This document shows, piece by piece, positions 41,455-56,696 of a stretch of 64,000 bases of DNA (position 1 is its first letter; every line of letters starts with the position of its first letter). Under the pieces are notes generated by a model, which saw only the letters and a list, made by a program, of their open reading frames with translations, was not told the DNA's origin and searched no databases. A program made the translations under genes and the position numbers. Origin of the DNA: Octopus vulgaris (Eukaryota); NCBI GenBank assembly GCA_951406725.2, contig OX597814.1:152396001-152460000 (forward strand), written 5' to 3'.

Positions 41455-41884
41455 TTCGTCCGATATCATACAAAGATCGCTTCAATACCTTCGGATGAAT
41501 GGAAATATATTCTGTGATGGCGTTCGTAACAATACTCTCTGATAATACCCTATGACTCAGAATAAAGAAGGATTGCCATGTCTAGAACGCCATTCATCAA
41601 TTTAATTAGGGCTGACCTAGAGCTAAACTACATTTCGAACCAACGAAGGAAGCTCAATAAGGTCGCTCGACTACTAGAAATAACAGCCACGTAGCCTCAA
41701 GTCTCACCCTACCTATCGGATATGAGTTCCGACTAGTTTCGATTTGAGACATAGCACTTCTTTTCAGTTACATCATTAAGATATGAACATTACAACCCCA
41801 ATTTTGCTTCACCTTTCCGTCTTAAACAACAGTATAAGGATGGCATATTCCGTCTCTATTTTCATCAGATTCTCTTTGATGGAT

Positions 41885-42203
41885 TCTGTCGGTTACGACG
41901 ACGAGTGTTCTAATTGATTCGATCAACGGAACAGCCCGATCGTGAAATTAACATGCAAGTGGCTTACCACTCCACGGAGACGCATACGATTAACAAAGTT
42001 CTCAGGGAGGTTTAGCATGAAACAGAATGCAACAAGGTTGGCCCTTTGAAATACAGATACAACTCATTTTTGCCAACAGATTGAACTGGAGCCACAGAAA
42101 ATAAAGCGTCTTGCTCAGGGACACCAACGCGCCGCCGGATTTCGAACTCATGATATTGCGTACGTGTGCCGAATACTCTAACCATTAAGTCACGCGCCCT
42201 CAC
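41885..42203 (-). mobile_element. SINE family C
   Basis: ctgtcggttacgacgacgag...cttgctcagggacacc...ttcgaactcatgat...ctaaccattaagtcacgcgcc. Confidence 0.7.
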
Positions 42204-42470
42204 CAAATTCTATATATGATAATACACATATGACATTTCAGTATTTCAGTTGTTTCCAGATACAATATTTCTCTTAAATATATTTCTTTCCGTTTTAAGT
42301 GAATAGTTTGTCTTGATTCTTTGTATTTTCCTAAACACCTTCATTACATGAACATTTAATAAGGTCTTGTACTTTTAGTAATATTTAACAATTCTGTCTG
42401 CTATAAGCGCAAGACCTGAAATTTTGGTTGTTGGGAGCTAGTCGATTACATCGACCACAGTACTTGACTG

Positions 42471-42734
42471 GGATCTTTTCACTTTGACCGGCAAATTTTT
42501 AAAATAATTTCTTTGTAGCTAAACACTTTTAAACTTCGTATACTGGTAGAATGTGTCACATAAAACATCTTTTTCTCTTGGCGTTCTTGAGAAAATTCTG
42601 TAGTTTGTAAGCTATTTCTTGTTTAATTATTTCTCGTATTTCGACAATTTCAACCAATCAATGACGTCTGTTGAGGTGAATACAATTACTGCTGTTGTTT
42701 GCAACAAAATCTGCCGGTCAAAGTGAAAAGATCC
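42471..42734. mobile_element. Merlin-like MITE inserted in a family A SINE
   Basis: 23-bp perfect TIR ggatcttttcactttgaccggca; 8-bp TSD cttgactg/ctcgactt (6 of 8 match). Confidence 0.8.
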
Positions 42735-43581
42735 CTCGACTTGTACTTAATTCATCATTCCCTGAAATGATGAAAGGTGAAGTCGACCCCGGCAGTATTT
42801 TGAACACTGGACGTAAATCTGGGGAAAATGCCACTAAGCATTTTATACGACATGCAAACGATTCTGTCAACTTGCTACCATTTCCATTTTTTTTTTTTAG
42901 TAATCTTTAATAATGATGTTTTCACTTTAAACAGTTTTACTAACAATTCTCAGAATACATCAGGTCAAATACAAAAATATAGAGCAAGGAATGTTATCGA
43001 TCTTATACAGTACCCACACAGTAGAAAATGGTGATCTACTAAATAATACAGAAACATTTGTATATAACTTTCCTTTCTTCCACTTATATCAAGATTCAAG
43101 AATGAATCTTTGATTCCTTTCTATACAGTTATCAATTCTCGCTCCTTAAAGTACATTCGTCAGGACATTTCGGTAGCTGGTTACCAATGGCATTACGGAG
43201 CATAGGTCGATGATGATAGTGAGAATTTATGGAAAATGTATAACCATTGTATTGTCTGATTCGATCAAAATGGTAAAATATTATATTATCTGGAGTTGAC
43301 ATTAACCCAGCTCACCCAAATAGGTACAAGATCAATGTTCTTTGATAGTCCAGTTGTTTGATTCTCAGACATGTTTTCACCACTACAAAAATAATTCGGA
43401 TAAAAACATTACATGACTACTTATACATTTATTCATAAGTGTGTAAGAGCATATGTGTGTGTATGTGCGAGCAGATGTGTTTGTATGCGAGCATATATGT
43501 GTGTGCGTGTATTTGTGCGTGTGTTTGTACGCGTGTGTGGTGTATACGGAGAGAGGGGCATATACATATCTACAAATGTAT

Positions 43582-44590
<1,009 letters not shown>

Positions 44591-44805
44591 TATATATTTT
44601 AATTATTACAAATCTTCTATTGAAGAGTGAGCCAAGGCTCCATCTTTAGGATGTAGTTAACATAGACAAATTCACATTTGGAATTTGAGAAAAGTCTTGT
44701 ATATTTTGACTGTTCCACTCACAGCTAGCTATATGATACACGAACCTGTGTCCATTATAACCTTCGAACAGGGAAGGTCAGCCGCTTCCCCTTGCTGGTC
44801 AGGTA

Positions 44806-44848
44806 TCTGCAGACATGTTTCAGGATATTTGCCCTTTATCAGTGCAGA
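44806..44848 (-). ncRNA. Type I HHR (C3/A8 variant)
   Basis: tctgca-CTGATAA-agg..cct-GAAA-catg-TC-tgcaga; 6-bp helix I. Confidence 0.7.
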
Positions 44849-44941
44849 GATAATTAGGTAAATTAGAATTAGGTAAATTAGAATTAGGTAAATAATACTT
44901 CGAACAGACGGTCAGCAGCGACCCCTGCTGGGTTCGGCTAC

Positions 44942-44984
44942 TCTGCATTGATAAAGGGAAAATATCCTGAAACATGTCTGCTGA
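44942..44984 (+). ncRNA. Type I HHR (U3-A8 variant)
   Basis: gca-TTGATAA-agg..cct-GAAA-catg-TC-tgc. Confidence 0.7.
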
Positions 44985-46102
44985 TGCCTGACCAGCAAGG
45001 GGAAGCGGCTGATCTCCCCTGTTCGAAGGTTATAATGGACACAGGTTCGTGTGTCATATAGCTAGCTAGAGGCAATGGCCTCTTGGAGCTAATCAACGGC
45101 AGCTTTCGTTCTATATTATGGACTGCCATATTAGCTTGGCGATAACTGTTAATAGGTAGTATTAATGTTTCGTATCAGGTTACCTTAAGTATGTTTTTTA
45201 CTGTTATTATCCTCCCTCTCTCTAGTATTGCTACTCTTACTATTCTTATTATTATTGTTAATATTATTAGTAATGAGCTATAAATCTATTATGTAAATTG
45301 CTAATTTTATAATTAAATTAATTTTATTTATATTTAAGGATATCGTTAATTTCATTCCCAAATTGTTCTGTAATCCTTAGAATAGGATTAATTTATGTTG
45401 GAGTTTATATTTAATTACCTTTTTCGACTTGCTATGGTTTACTCGATTTCAATTTTAATTTTAATATCATATATTATGCAATTATTCAAATTTATGAAAC
45501 GTATGTTTAACTTGATCAATACAACATAATACGCACTTACGTCTATGATTAATTAATTTGAATTTTGATGTAAGAATTTGGTAAATTTCTTCCACACACA
45601 CAATTCACACCGTTTGCTCTCTCTACTATATGGTTTGGCTCTACTAATTATTTCTAATGTAATTTTATATTCTTTATTATATCTTGTAAGAACCAAATTA
45701 GTTTACTTAAGCTAGTGTTATTCGATTTTTGTTGCGGTCTCTAAATGAGTTATGATTCTTTTTATATATGTTTCACAAGCGCAGATGTAATGATATACCT
45801 GACCTTCTGAGATTACCTTGCGCCTGTATACTGTTCTTTACTTTTACAGTTAGAGTGAAAGGGACATAATCTATTAATTGCACAATTGCAGTTTTTATTT
45901 ATAACTCTAGTTCTTTTTTATCTTGTTTTCCTTCCTGATTATTTCTGTTGCTCTTTCTGCCCCTTTCATTTTCTAATTTCCATTTTGTTTCTTGATTTTC
46001 AATTTTAGTATCGCTTTCCAATATACTATCTGGGTTATTATTCACGTCTTTATTATTATTATTATTATTATTAGTAGTATTATTATTATTATTATTATTA
46101 TT

Positions 46103-46188
46103 CAGTAGTTTTATTTTTATAGCGTGCTTTCACTTCACTACCGAGCGCAGCTCTGTGTGCCTTGGGTATGTGCTGTGATATTGTTGTG

Positions 46189-46190
<2 letters not shown>
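46103..46190 (-). mobile_element. Short unique island in (ATT)n; probable 3' end of a microsatellite-targeting non-LTR element
   Basis: 88 bp embedded between (ATT)n tracts; the minus strand ends ataaaaataaaactactg-(AAT)n. Confidence 0.45.
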
Positions 46191-46261
<71 letters not shown>

Positions 46262-46370
46262 CATTTCACTGTTTCTATACCTTAGGTTACTATTTTCCTT
46301 GTGGATATTTGCTCTTGTATTTAATTAGATTTAATTTAGATTTAATTTAGATGAATAAAGCAATTGATTC

Positions 46371-46459
46371 CACCCTGACGAAGCGACAACTAACAATAAG
46401 TACACATAAAGACACAAATTCTGCAGTGTGATTAGTTACTACAGAAACAAGTGTAGGTG
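46371..46459 (+). ncRNA. Type I HHR with long helix II
   Basis: cacc-CTGACGA-...aactaa...ttagtt...-GAAA-caagtg-TA-ggtg, about 80 nt upstream of (TA)n. Confidence 0.65.
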
Positions 46460-46557
46460 TAGACATGAAGAGAAGTAATTAACTGCTGAATGAAACTGGC
46501 TATTAATCTCTATCCCCCTTTATTACAAATTCACTATATGTATATATATATATATAT

Positions 46558-48520
<1,963 letters not shown>

Positions 48521-48753
48521 CTTGTGTTTCTTTCTTTCTCTCCGTTGTAGCTGGATCAAGGAAGATGCGTTCTTGTCTGTCTACTGTCCAATCTTGATTT
48601 ACGCGTTCGCCACCACAACCTCGTTTAGGATTAGCAACCCTTCCTGTTGTTTTCACTTTCCTGCTTGTGTTACCAATTTTGACCCTCTGCAAAATCCCAA
48701 ATTTTATTTAATTTGCTTTGTGGGAGCAACTGTTTTATCGAAAGCGTATCTTG
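48521..48753 (+). repeat. ~230-bp direct repeat, copy 1
   Basis: gctggatcaaggaagatg...cgttcgccaccacaacctcgtttagg...caaaatcccaaattttatttaatttgctttg...gtatcttg. Confidence 0.85.
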
Positions 48754-48993
48754 TTAAATGCTCGAAATACGAGAGTAGAAGAACAGCCAAGAACTGATGA
48801 AGGGTTGGTTTTTTGTGCTGTTTGGCTTTTCTATTTGTGTCTTTCGTTGTTCGAAAAAATAGTTAATATTCCATGTACTCCTACTTTTCGTTGTACACGT
48901 CTCGTGACATCCTGTGCCCACATATGCATATATATATATACGTATAGATGTAAGTATGCACATATACGTATGTATATATGCATATATACATAC

Positions 48994-49040
<47 letters not shown>

Positions 49041-49135
49041 TATATACATATATATATACATATATATACATATATATACATATATATACATATATATATA
49101 CATATATATATACTTATATATATACATATATATAT

Positions 49136-49178
<43 letters not shown>

Positions 49179-49190
<12 letters not shown>

Positions 49191-49528
49191 GAAATGAGGT
49201 AATCAGAAGATCGGATGGTTCATATTTATAGATATTTATTTATATATTACATTTTTTACAAATATATATCTCATATCATTCAGATCATATCATTCAGATT
49301 ATTAGCGCTTTCTCCCATTCTAGTGGGGTTTTCAAATCAATTTGATTTGAAAACCCCACTAGAATGGGAGAAAGCGCTAATAATCTGAATGATATGATCT
49401 GAATGATATGAGATATATATTTGTAAAAAATGTAATATATAAATAAATATCTATAAATATGAACCATCCGATCTTCTGATTACCTCATTTCTTCTAATAT
49501 ATAATACCTGTACATCATTTCCAAACCT

Positions 49529-49532
<4 letters not shown>
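49179..49532. mobile_element. Fold-back PLE-like insertion in (TA)n: perfect ~160-bp arms plus ~30-bp tail
   Basis: Axis at 49341 (ttcaaatcaa T ttgatttgaa); HHR-like TTGAAAA-cccca..tggga-GAAA-gcgc-TA at 49347-49379. Confidence 0.9.
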
Positions 49533-49579
<47 letters not shown>

Positions 49580-49931
49580 TATATGATTTATATTATTATA
49601 TGATTGAACGCAACACATCCTCTTCCAAGCAAGTTTTATCTTAATAATTCTGATGCGCACTCTGCTATCTTTTTACTTTTTCGTTTTTCTCTCTTTCTTT
49701 CTCTTATTCTTTTACCTCCTCTTCTCCCATTATTCTGTCCTATTACTCTTTCGTTTTTTCTCTCTTCCTTTCTCCCCTTCTCCTCCTCCTGTTTTTCATT
49801 TACCCTATCTCTCTCCAATTTTTTCCTCTGCCATTCACAGTTCTCTACCTGTCACTCTCTCTCTCTCCTTCACTCTTCCTCCCTTGCTGACGTGGCTTCC
49901 ACGTGACCATCGGCCATCTTTCTTCTCTTAA

Positions 49932-50166
49932 CTTTGTGTTGCTTTCTTTCTCTCAGTTCTGGCTGGATCAAGGAAGATGTGTTCTTGTCTGTCTCCTGTC
50001 CAAGCTTGATTTACCCGTTCGCCACCACAACCTCGTTTAGGCTTAGCAGCCCTTCCTGTTTGTTTTCACTGTCCTGTTTGTGTTAACAATTTTGACCCTC
50101 CACAAAATCCCAAATTTTATTTAATTTGCTTTGCAGGAGCAACTGTTTTATTGAAAGTGTATCTTG
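49932..50166 (+). repeat. ~230-bp direct repeat, copy 2
   Basis: See 48521-48753. Confidence 0.85.
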
Positions 50167-50790
50167 ATCAGGGCGTATCTTGGTTTATACGAAAGTGTAT
50201 CTTGTTTTACCAAAAGCGTATCTTTATTCAGAGACCATTTTATAGCTGAAAAATTTGAAATCAGTCGTCTGAAAAGCGTAAGATTTAAAAAAAAAAAAGA
50301 ATGATACGAGAAACTCAGACAAACAGATCCAGAATAATAACATAAAAGCTGTCTTTCGACTTGAGACAGATTCTAATATAGAAGGAGCTTTCATCTTTAG
50401 ACAGTCTCTTATAAAGAAAAATTAGTGAATGTGTGTACTTAAAGAGAAGATCGCGAATCAAAAAACTATAACAATAGTAAAACGTGATGAAAACCAGATG
50501 AACGAGTTGCATGACAGAGAGAGAGAGAGAGAGGAGAGAAAGAGGAATATAGAGAGGGAGCGAGAGAGGAACAGAGAGAGGGGGATAATAGAGTGAGAGG
50601 AAGATAGTTTGTCACAATAAGAGAAATAAATCCGTTACAGTGAAAATTATATGTGTGTGTGTGTGCGCTTGTGTGTGCATATGTGTATGCACTTATGTAT
50701 GTATGCATGCGGGTATTATTTATATGGAATGATTTAATTGATCGGAAACGTGACAATCGGGGTCACGATTCAAGAATCTTCCGTTTCTAG

Positions 50791-50805
50791 TGGTGATGAT
50801 GATGT

Positions 50806-50867
<62 letters not shown>

Positions 50868-50896
50868 ATAATGATGATGATAACAATAACAACAGA

Positions 50897-50975
<79 letters not shown>

Positions 50976-51097
50976 GTGCCACTTTGATGGCATTCGCTGC
51001 TCTCAATGATAATAATAATAATAATAATAACAATAATGATAATAATAATAATAATAATAATAATAATAGTGCCACTTTGATGGCATTCGCTGCTCTC

Positions 51098-51189
<92 letters not shown>

Positions 51190-51202
51190 TAATGATAATA
51201 AT
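50791..51202. repeat. (GAT)n/(AAT)n microsatellite with two identical 30-bp inserts
   Basis: agtgccactttgatggcattcgctgctctc at 50975 and 51068. Confidence 0.9.
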
Positions 51203-52099
51203 AAGTGGTTGAATATATATATATATGTGTATGTATGTGTGCCCGTCAAAACTTCCTATGACCTCTTTCTTCATAATATATTTAACGTCTGAAAAATGAT
51301 TAACCCAATAATGCGTAGCTAGACTAAGTTAGGTCGTTGAAGAGGAAATAAATGAAAAAGAAACACAGCCTAATTTTTTTTTACAGGAATGACGTCGAAA
51401 TTGTAACACTTCCCTTTCTAATACTGTATCTGAAATGTAAATTTAGTATGTCGTAGGACAGACAGACAGTGTTACTGCGTAAATAATCAATAAAATGTGT
51501 CGGATACATTTGTAGTCCGCACAACACATATTGAAATACCTATTCAGTGTTTTTTTTTTTCACTTTATATTCAATTTTTTTTTTCTTTCTTGTTTCAAAT
51601 TTGTATTGCTTTGATTTTGTATTTTTGTGTTTAGAACATAGTTTTCGCGAGATTTATGTCCATAAACGAAGTTAGAAAAATAATTCTGATCAATAAAACC
51701 GATTTTGTGTATTATTTGTATCTCTGTTAATTTTTTTTTTTTCATCCTAAATACATTTTTGTTTCATTTTATTGAGAAGAAAAAAGAAGAAAATGAAAAA
51801 AGAAAAATAGGGAAAAAATCTCTACTTTTTATAAAAAAATGTTTCATGATCAGTTTTAATGTAAGGTCTGCAACCCTCACGTGGACACTTAAAAACTGGA
51901 ATTATTTATGGGTCAAATGCAATGGCTGGATTCTACATGAATAATACGTGTTATTCGTTTTGTTGATTCAATTTATATTTACGAATATTTCTGCTATAAT
52001 ATTCGCATACTCATGTATATGTACATTGCACGCACCCACACTCAAACACGTATTTACATAGATACATACATAGACAGACAGACAGATATATATATATAG

Positions 52100-52206
<107 letters not shown>

Positions 52207-52339
52207 GGGGTCGAAACGATCGTTATGATTCATAAAGACTCGAGAATTCCATCTGTTTTTCTCATTTGTTCGTGTGTGTGTGTGTGTGTGTGTGTGGTGT
52301 GGTGTGTGTGATTGTGTGTGTGTGTGGTGTGGTGTGTGT

Positions 52340-52383
<44 letters not shown>

Positions 52384-53067
52384 GAGAAAGATGTAGAGAA
52401 GAATTAACGGACATTACAAATAGAAACCTGTATAAGTCTATTTCTTGAGGCAACTTCTTATTCAGAGATAACTTTATAGAAAATTGGGATAACAAAAAAA
52501 TAAACAGTTATGTTATGAACTTCATTAGCTTACTGTTTTCCGCTGTAAGGTACCTCATATTTGAATGCTTGAGTATCCTCCTTATAGCTTCATCGAAGCT
52601 TATTCTGAGTTCTAACACCAGGTTATTAGCATCGTAATGTCTAAGTGATGTGTATATGCATATATATATATAATTAGAAAATGAATTTTTCAGTGTTAAC
52701 TATTCAAAAATTATTAGCTATTTTAAAAAGTTCTTTTATTTAACACAATGTCACTAATCTTTGTGGGAGACGTTTGTGTATAGTGTGTACTCTACGACTA
52801 GTGTGCATTTTGTGTGTGAGCGTTTTCGTTTTTCACGTCTTCAACGACACGTATTCCTTGCAAATGCATATACAGGTAGTTGCTTTTTTGTAAAGGTGTT
52901 AACTAGTTCTAGTTTAGTTTCTTCTTTTTATATGTTTTATTGTAACAACTCACAACGTATTGTAATTATATATTCTTCTTTTGTCTTTCGTAGTTGGTCA
53001 TTCTTATCTTTTTTTTGTGTGTAAAAGGGGAAAATTTTAGTTAAATATGCTCCGATATATACTGGCA

Positions 53068-53616
53068 TTCTTTTATTCTTTTACTTGTTTCAGTCATTTG
53101 ACTGCGGCCACGCTGGAGCACCGCCTTTAATCGAAGAAATCGATCCCGGGAATTATTCTTTGCAAACCTAGTACTTTTGCCGGACCGCTAAGTTACGGGG
53201 ACGTAAACGCACCAACATCAGTTGTCAAGCGATGGTGTGGAGAACAAGCATAGACACACAAATACATACATACACACACGCGCGCGCGCGCGCGCGCGCG
53301 CGCGCGCGCACATACATACATATATATATAAACAAAACAGAAAATGGAACAGGAACGTAACAGGTGACAACAAAACATTCGGACATTTAGACGATACAAA
53401 AAAGGACAGGAGAAAACAAGGACGGGTCATTCGGAGCTTTCAATCTTCTGTCGAGTACCAGATCATCTTTGCAGTTTCAACATATATATACCTCAGGCTA
53501 TTTCAGTTTCTGCCTACCAAATCCACTCACAAAATTTTAGTCTGCCTGAGGTCTATCCGAGGTGCTACGAAGTGGAACTGAATCCGGAACCATGTGGTTG
53601 GGAAGCAACTCCTGCG

Positions 53617-53620
<4 letters not shown>
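53068..53620 (-). mobile_element. SINE family B interrupted by (CG)15 and a ~150-bp insert
   Basis: Tail at 53068-53260, head at 53495-53620. Confidence 0.8.
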
Positions 53621-53653
<33 letters not shown>

Positions 53654-53703
53654 AAACAAGTCAAAAATAGAAAATGCTAAAATAATTTTATAGTGAACAT
53701 TTC

Positions 53704-53739
53704 AGTACCGGTTTCGGTCATTTTGAGACCTTTTCAACT
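53704..53739 (-). ncRNA. Type I HHR (U3-A8 variant)
   Basis: ag-TTGAAAA-ggtc tcaaaat gacc-GAAA-ccgg-TA-ct. Confidence 0.75.
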
Positions 53740-53963
53740 TTGTTTTTGTTTTGTTTTTCCAGTTTCAGCTCTTGAGCTGTGGCCATGCTGGGGCACCGCC
53801 ATTGTGGTGAAAGAGTACAGCAGGGATCACCACCCCCTGCCGGAGCCTCGTAGATCTTTTAGGTGTTTTCGCTCAATAAACACACACAACGCCCGGTCTG
53901 AGAATCGAAACCGCGATCCTGCGACCGCGAGTCCGCTGCCCTAACCACTAGGCCATTGCGCCT
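53740..53963 (-). mobile_element. tRNA-derived SINE with LINE-like 3' stem-loop and A-rich tail
   Basis: A box TGGCCTAGTGG, B box GTTTCGATTC; tail ggcggtgccccagcatggccacagctcaagagctgaaac. Confidence 0.85.
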
Positions 53964-54326
53964 CTGTAACGATTATATAATTAAATTTAGAAAAATTAGA
54001 AGAAAAGTTTTTTTAAAGGAATATTTCTATAGTAGTGTTCAGATATAAGTGGCATTCTGCCTTTCTCTGACTCCCTTGTTTGCACTTGTGTGTTGGAGGT
54101 CGTTGTGAGTTCTTGGTGGGGTAGTAGAGGAAGAAGGCTGATGAGGAAAGGGGGTGGGAAAATCTGGGAGTGCCCTGATGGTCGTATTTTGAATGGTCAG
54201 TGGCGGCTGGCAGTCGCAGTTCAATTCAGGAGAATATTTCTATTGAAAGGCTTGTTTATAGAATTTGCGTAGGTGTTATACTAAAAAACATTAGTGACAA
54301 AGTTAAGGGTAGAAGGTGGAGAAGTA

Positions 54327-54605
54327 GAAGAAGAAGAAGAAGAAGAAGAAGAAGAAGAAGAAGAAGAAGAAGAAGAAGAAGAAGAAGAAGAAGAAGAAGA
54401 AGAAGAAGAAGAAGAAGAAGAAGAAGATGTTGATGATGATGATGATGAAGAAGAAGAAGAAGAAGAAGAAGAAGAAGAAGAAGAAGAAGAAGAAGAAGAA
54501 GAAGAAGGAGAAGGAGAAGATGACGATGATGATGATGGTGGTGATGATTATGACGACGATGATGATGATAATGATGATGATGAAGAAGAAGAGGAAGAAG
54601 AAGAA
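54327..54605. repeat. (GAA)n/(GAT)n microsatellite
   Basis: Direct reading. Confidence 0.95.
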
Positions 54606-54766
54606 AAAACAGAGAAGGGAGAATATGAATGGGTTAAAGTAGTGAGGTGTTGTATGACTTGAAGTTGGCATGTTATGGATTATAGCTGTGATTTTAGCTG
54701 TGATTAGACTCCTTGGAATGTAACACTTGTGTGTGAATATTTCTTTCATTCTAAAGTTGAGGTATA

Positions 54767-55270
54767 TTAATTGTTTGTCGTAGACCCGTTAAGAAGTGGC
54801 CTGTATTTTGTAATAAAGAGACTTTCTTTACTTATTCGTTGTCTCGAGGTTGTATCGTCCCTAAATTGGTAGAGGGGGAAAATCCTGAAGCTTGGTGTTT
54901 TTTTGTTGGGGCAAGTATCTATGTGTTGGCTAAAAGCTATTTTTCTGTTTTGGGGAATTTTTATCTGGGATCTGTGCAGGGCCATTCGTTTACGCAAACT
55001 ATTTTTTGTTTGGCCTATGTACTGCTCTTGACACCCGGAGCAGGTTAGTGAGTATATTAGGTTCTCCGAAGAACATGTGAAGTTGCTTTTCACTGTAAAC
55101 CGTTGTCCCTGTTTGAAGGAGAACTCTGATCCCTCAATTAGATAGTCGCATATCCCGCAATTGGGTCTTCCACATTTTTTTACTGTCGGCTTCTGTGTTG
55201 AAGAGTGAATTCGGGCTTGTGTTAGGAGACTTTTCATGGATTTAGGCTGTCTCTTGCTTTTTATGATCGT
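54767..55270 (-). CDS. Neptune-type PLE GIY-YIG endonuclease fragment
   Basis: KRQPKSMKSLLTQAR..KKCGRPNCGIC..FTCSSENLIYSLTCSGC..YIGQT..LRKRMALH..KESLFI..PLLN. Confidence 0.9.
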   Translation of the reverse strand, partial: TIIKSKRQPKSMKSLLTQARIHSSTQKPTVKKCGRPNCGICDYLIEGSEFSFKQGQRFTVKSNFTCSSENLIYSLTCSGCQEQYIGQTKNSLRKRMALHRSQIKIPQNRKIAFSQHIDTCPNKKTPSFRIFPLYQFRDDTTSRQRISKESLFITKYRPLLNGSTTNN

Positions 55271-55838
55271 GTATATATATATATGTGCTGAAAAACTTCG
55301 TTGGAGAGATTCTTCTAACACGTTGTGAGTTGTTATAATAAAGAATATAAAAAGAAGAAAAATGCACAGAATGTATGTATTTTTCATGAGATAAAATATT
55401 TACATAGTCAACCGGTCTTGTTTTTGCTAGTCATCACTAAGAAATTAGACAAAATTTTACAATTTCATGGCTTCATAAGAAGTTTTTAGTCCATGCTAGT
55501 AGCAGAAAAATTGTTTTGTTAATGAATCAGTAGCTAAACAAATCTAAAGAGAGGTAATTAGTAATTGTTATTATTAACGGTAGGAGATGTAAGTATTCTT
55601 TCTTTGAAGGTGAATTGATAGTATTTGTATTACAAAGTTGTAATTTATGAATCAAAATATGTAAAAAGTTGGTAATGCTTTTATGACGGTAAAATTGGTT
55701 ATGTGTTCATATTCAGATACAGTTTGTATTTTTCCATAAATATATTCTCTTTATTTAACCGCTGTTGTATAGAAATTGTTACCTTCCATTGGAAAATGAG
55801 GAAAACAGTGAGGTTTGATTGGAGACATATATACAGCT

Positions 55839-55874
<36 letters not shown>

Positions 55875-56029
55875 GAGTATTGCCGGAACGTATTAAGAAT
55901 AAATACGCAAGTCATCGTTATTTTTTATTTTATTTAGTAAATATGTCTACTTGTATCTAGATTTCTTACAGTCATACACATCTGTACCCAGTCATTCTTT
56001 CTCATATGCAAACATAGATACATACACGC

Positions 56030-56148
<119 letters not shown>

Positions 56149-56696
56149 CATACATGTGCACAGCCATTCAGTCAGAAACTTGACACAGATAACAAGTAAT
56201 TGACTTTCAGCCGAATATTATCTCCAATAATATTGCCACAATTGTCAGCTTTGGGAATAACTTGTTGTCCTTCTGGCCACAGTCATTGAAGTAAGTTATT
56301 TTATTGGAGATAGAAGTGTGATCTTTACCTCACACTTGAATTCAACATGCAGGCGTTTGCTTCACACGATATGGATGGACATAACACCAACACACTAGAT
56401 ATGAATAAACAAGGAAAACAACGTCGAGAATTGTATTAGTGGTACTTTTAGAATAAACTGAAACTATAAATTTATGGGGTAGAACCTGATAACAACCTAT
56501 ACATTGCTGCAAAATCATATTCATCTTTAGATATATGAATAGAATGAAAATATACCGGAACGAACTTCATTCAAGTAACAGTTAATGATACGTAGGCACA
56601 CGCTATTTCGTCATGCAACCGTAATATACCACGAAGTATATCAAACGTTTTTATAAGTCAAACTGTGTTCAATTGTGTTAGTAGTGCACTTAAATC

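Larger units (their letters stand above)
44723..45067. mobile_element. Inverted repeat with 127-bp arms, 91-bp spacer and an HHR in each arm
   Basis: 44723-44849 versus 44941-45067 with scattered substitutions. Confidence 0.85.
53650..55270 (-). mobile_element. 5'-truncated Neptune-like PLE (GIY-YIG plus 3' pLTR with HHR), interrupted by (GAA)n and a SINE, between TA tracts
   Basis: ORF remnant, downstream UTR, HHR at 53704-53739, and TA repeats at 53619-53649 and 55272-55283. Confidence 0.8.

Noticed and set aside
48795-48860. CTGATGA at ~48795 as another HHR
   Set aside because: No convincing helix II/GAAA/UH arrangement downstream.
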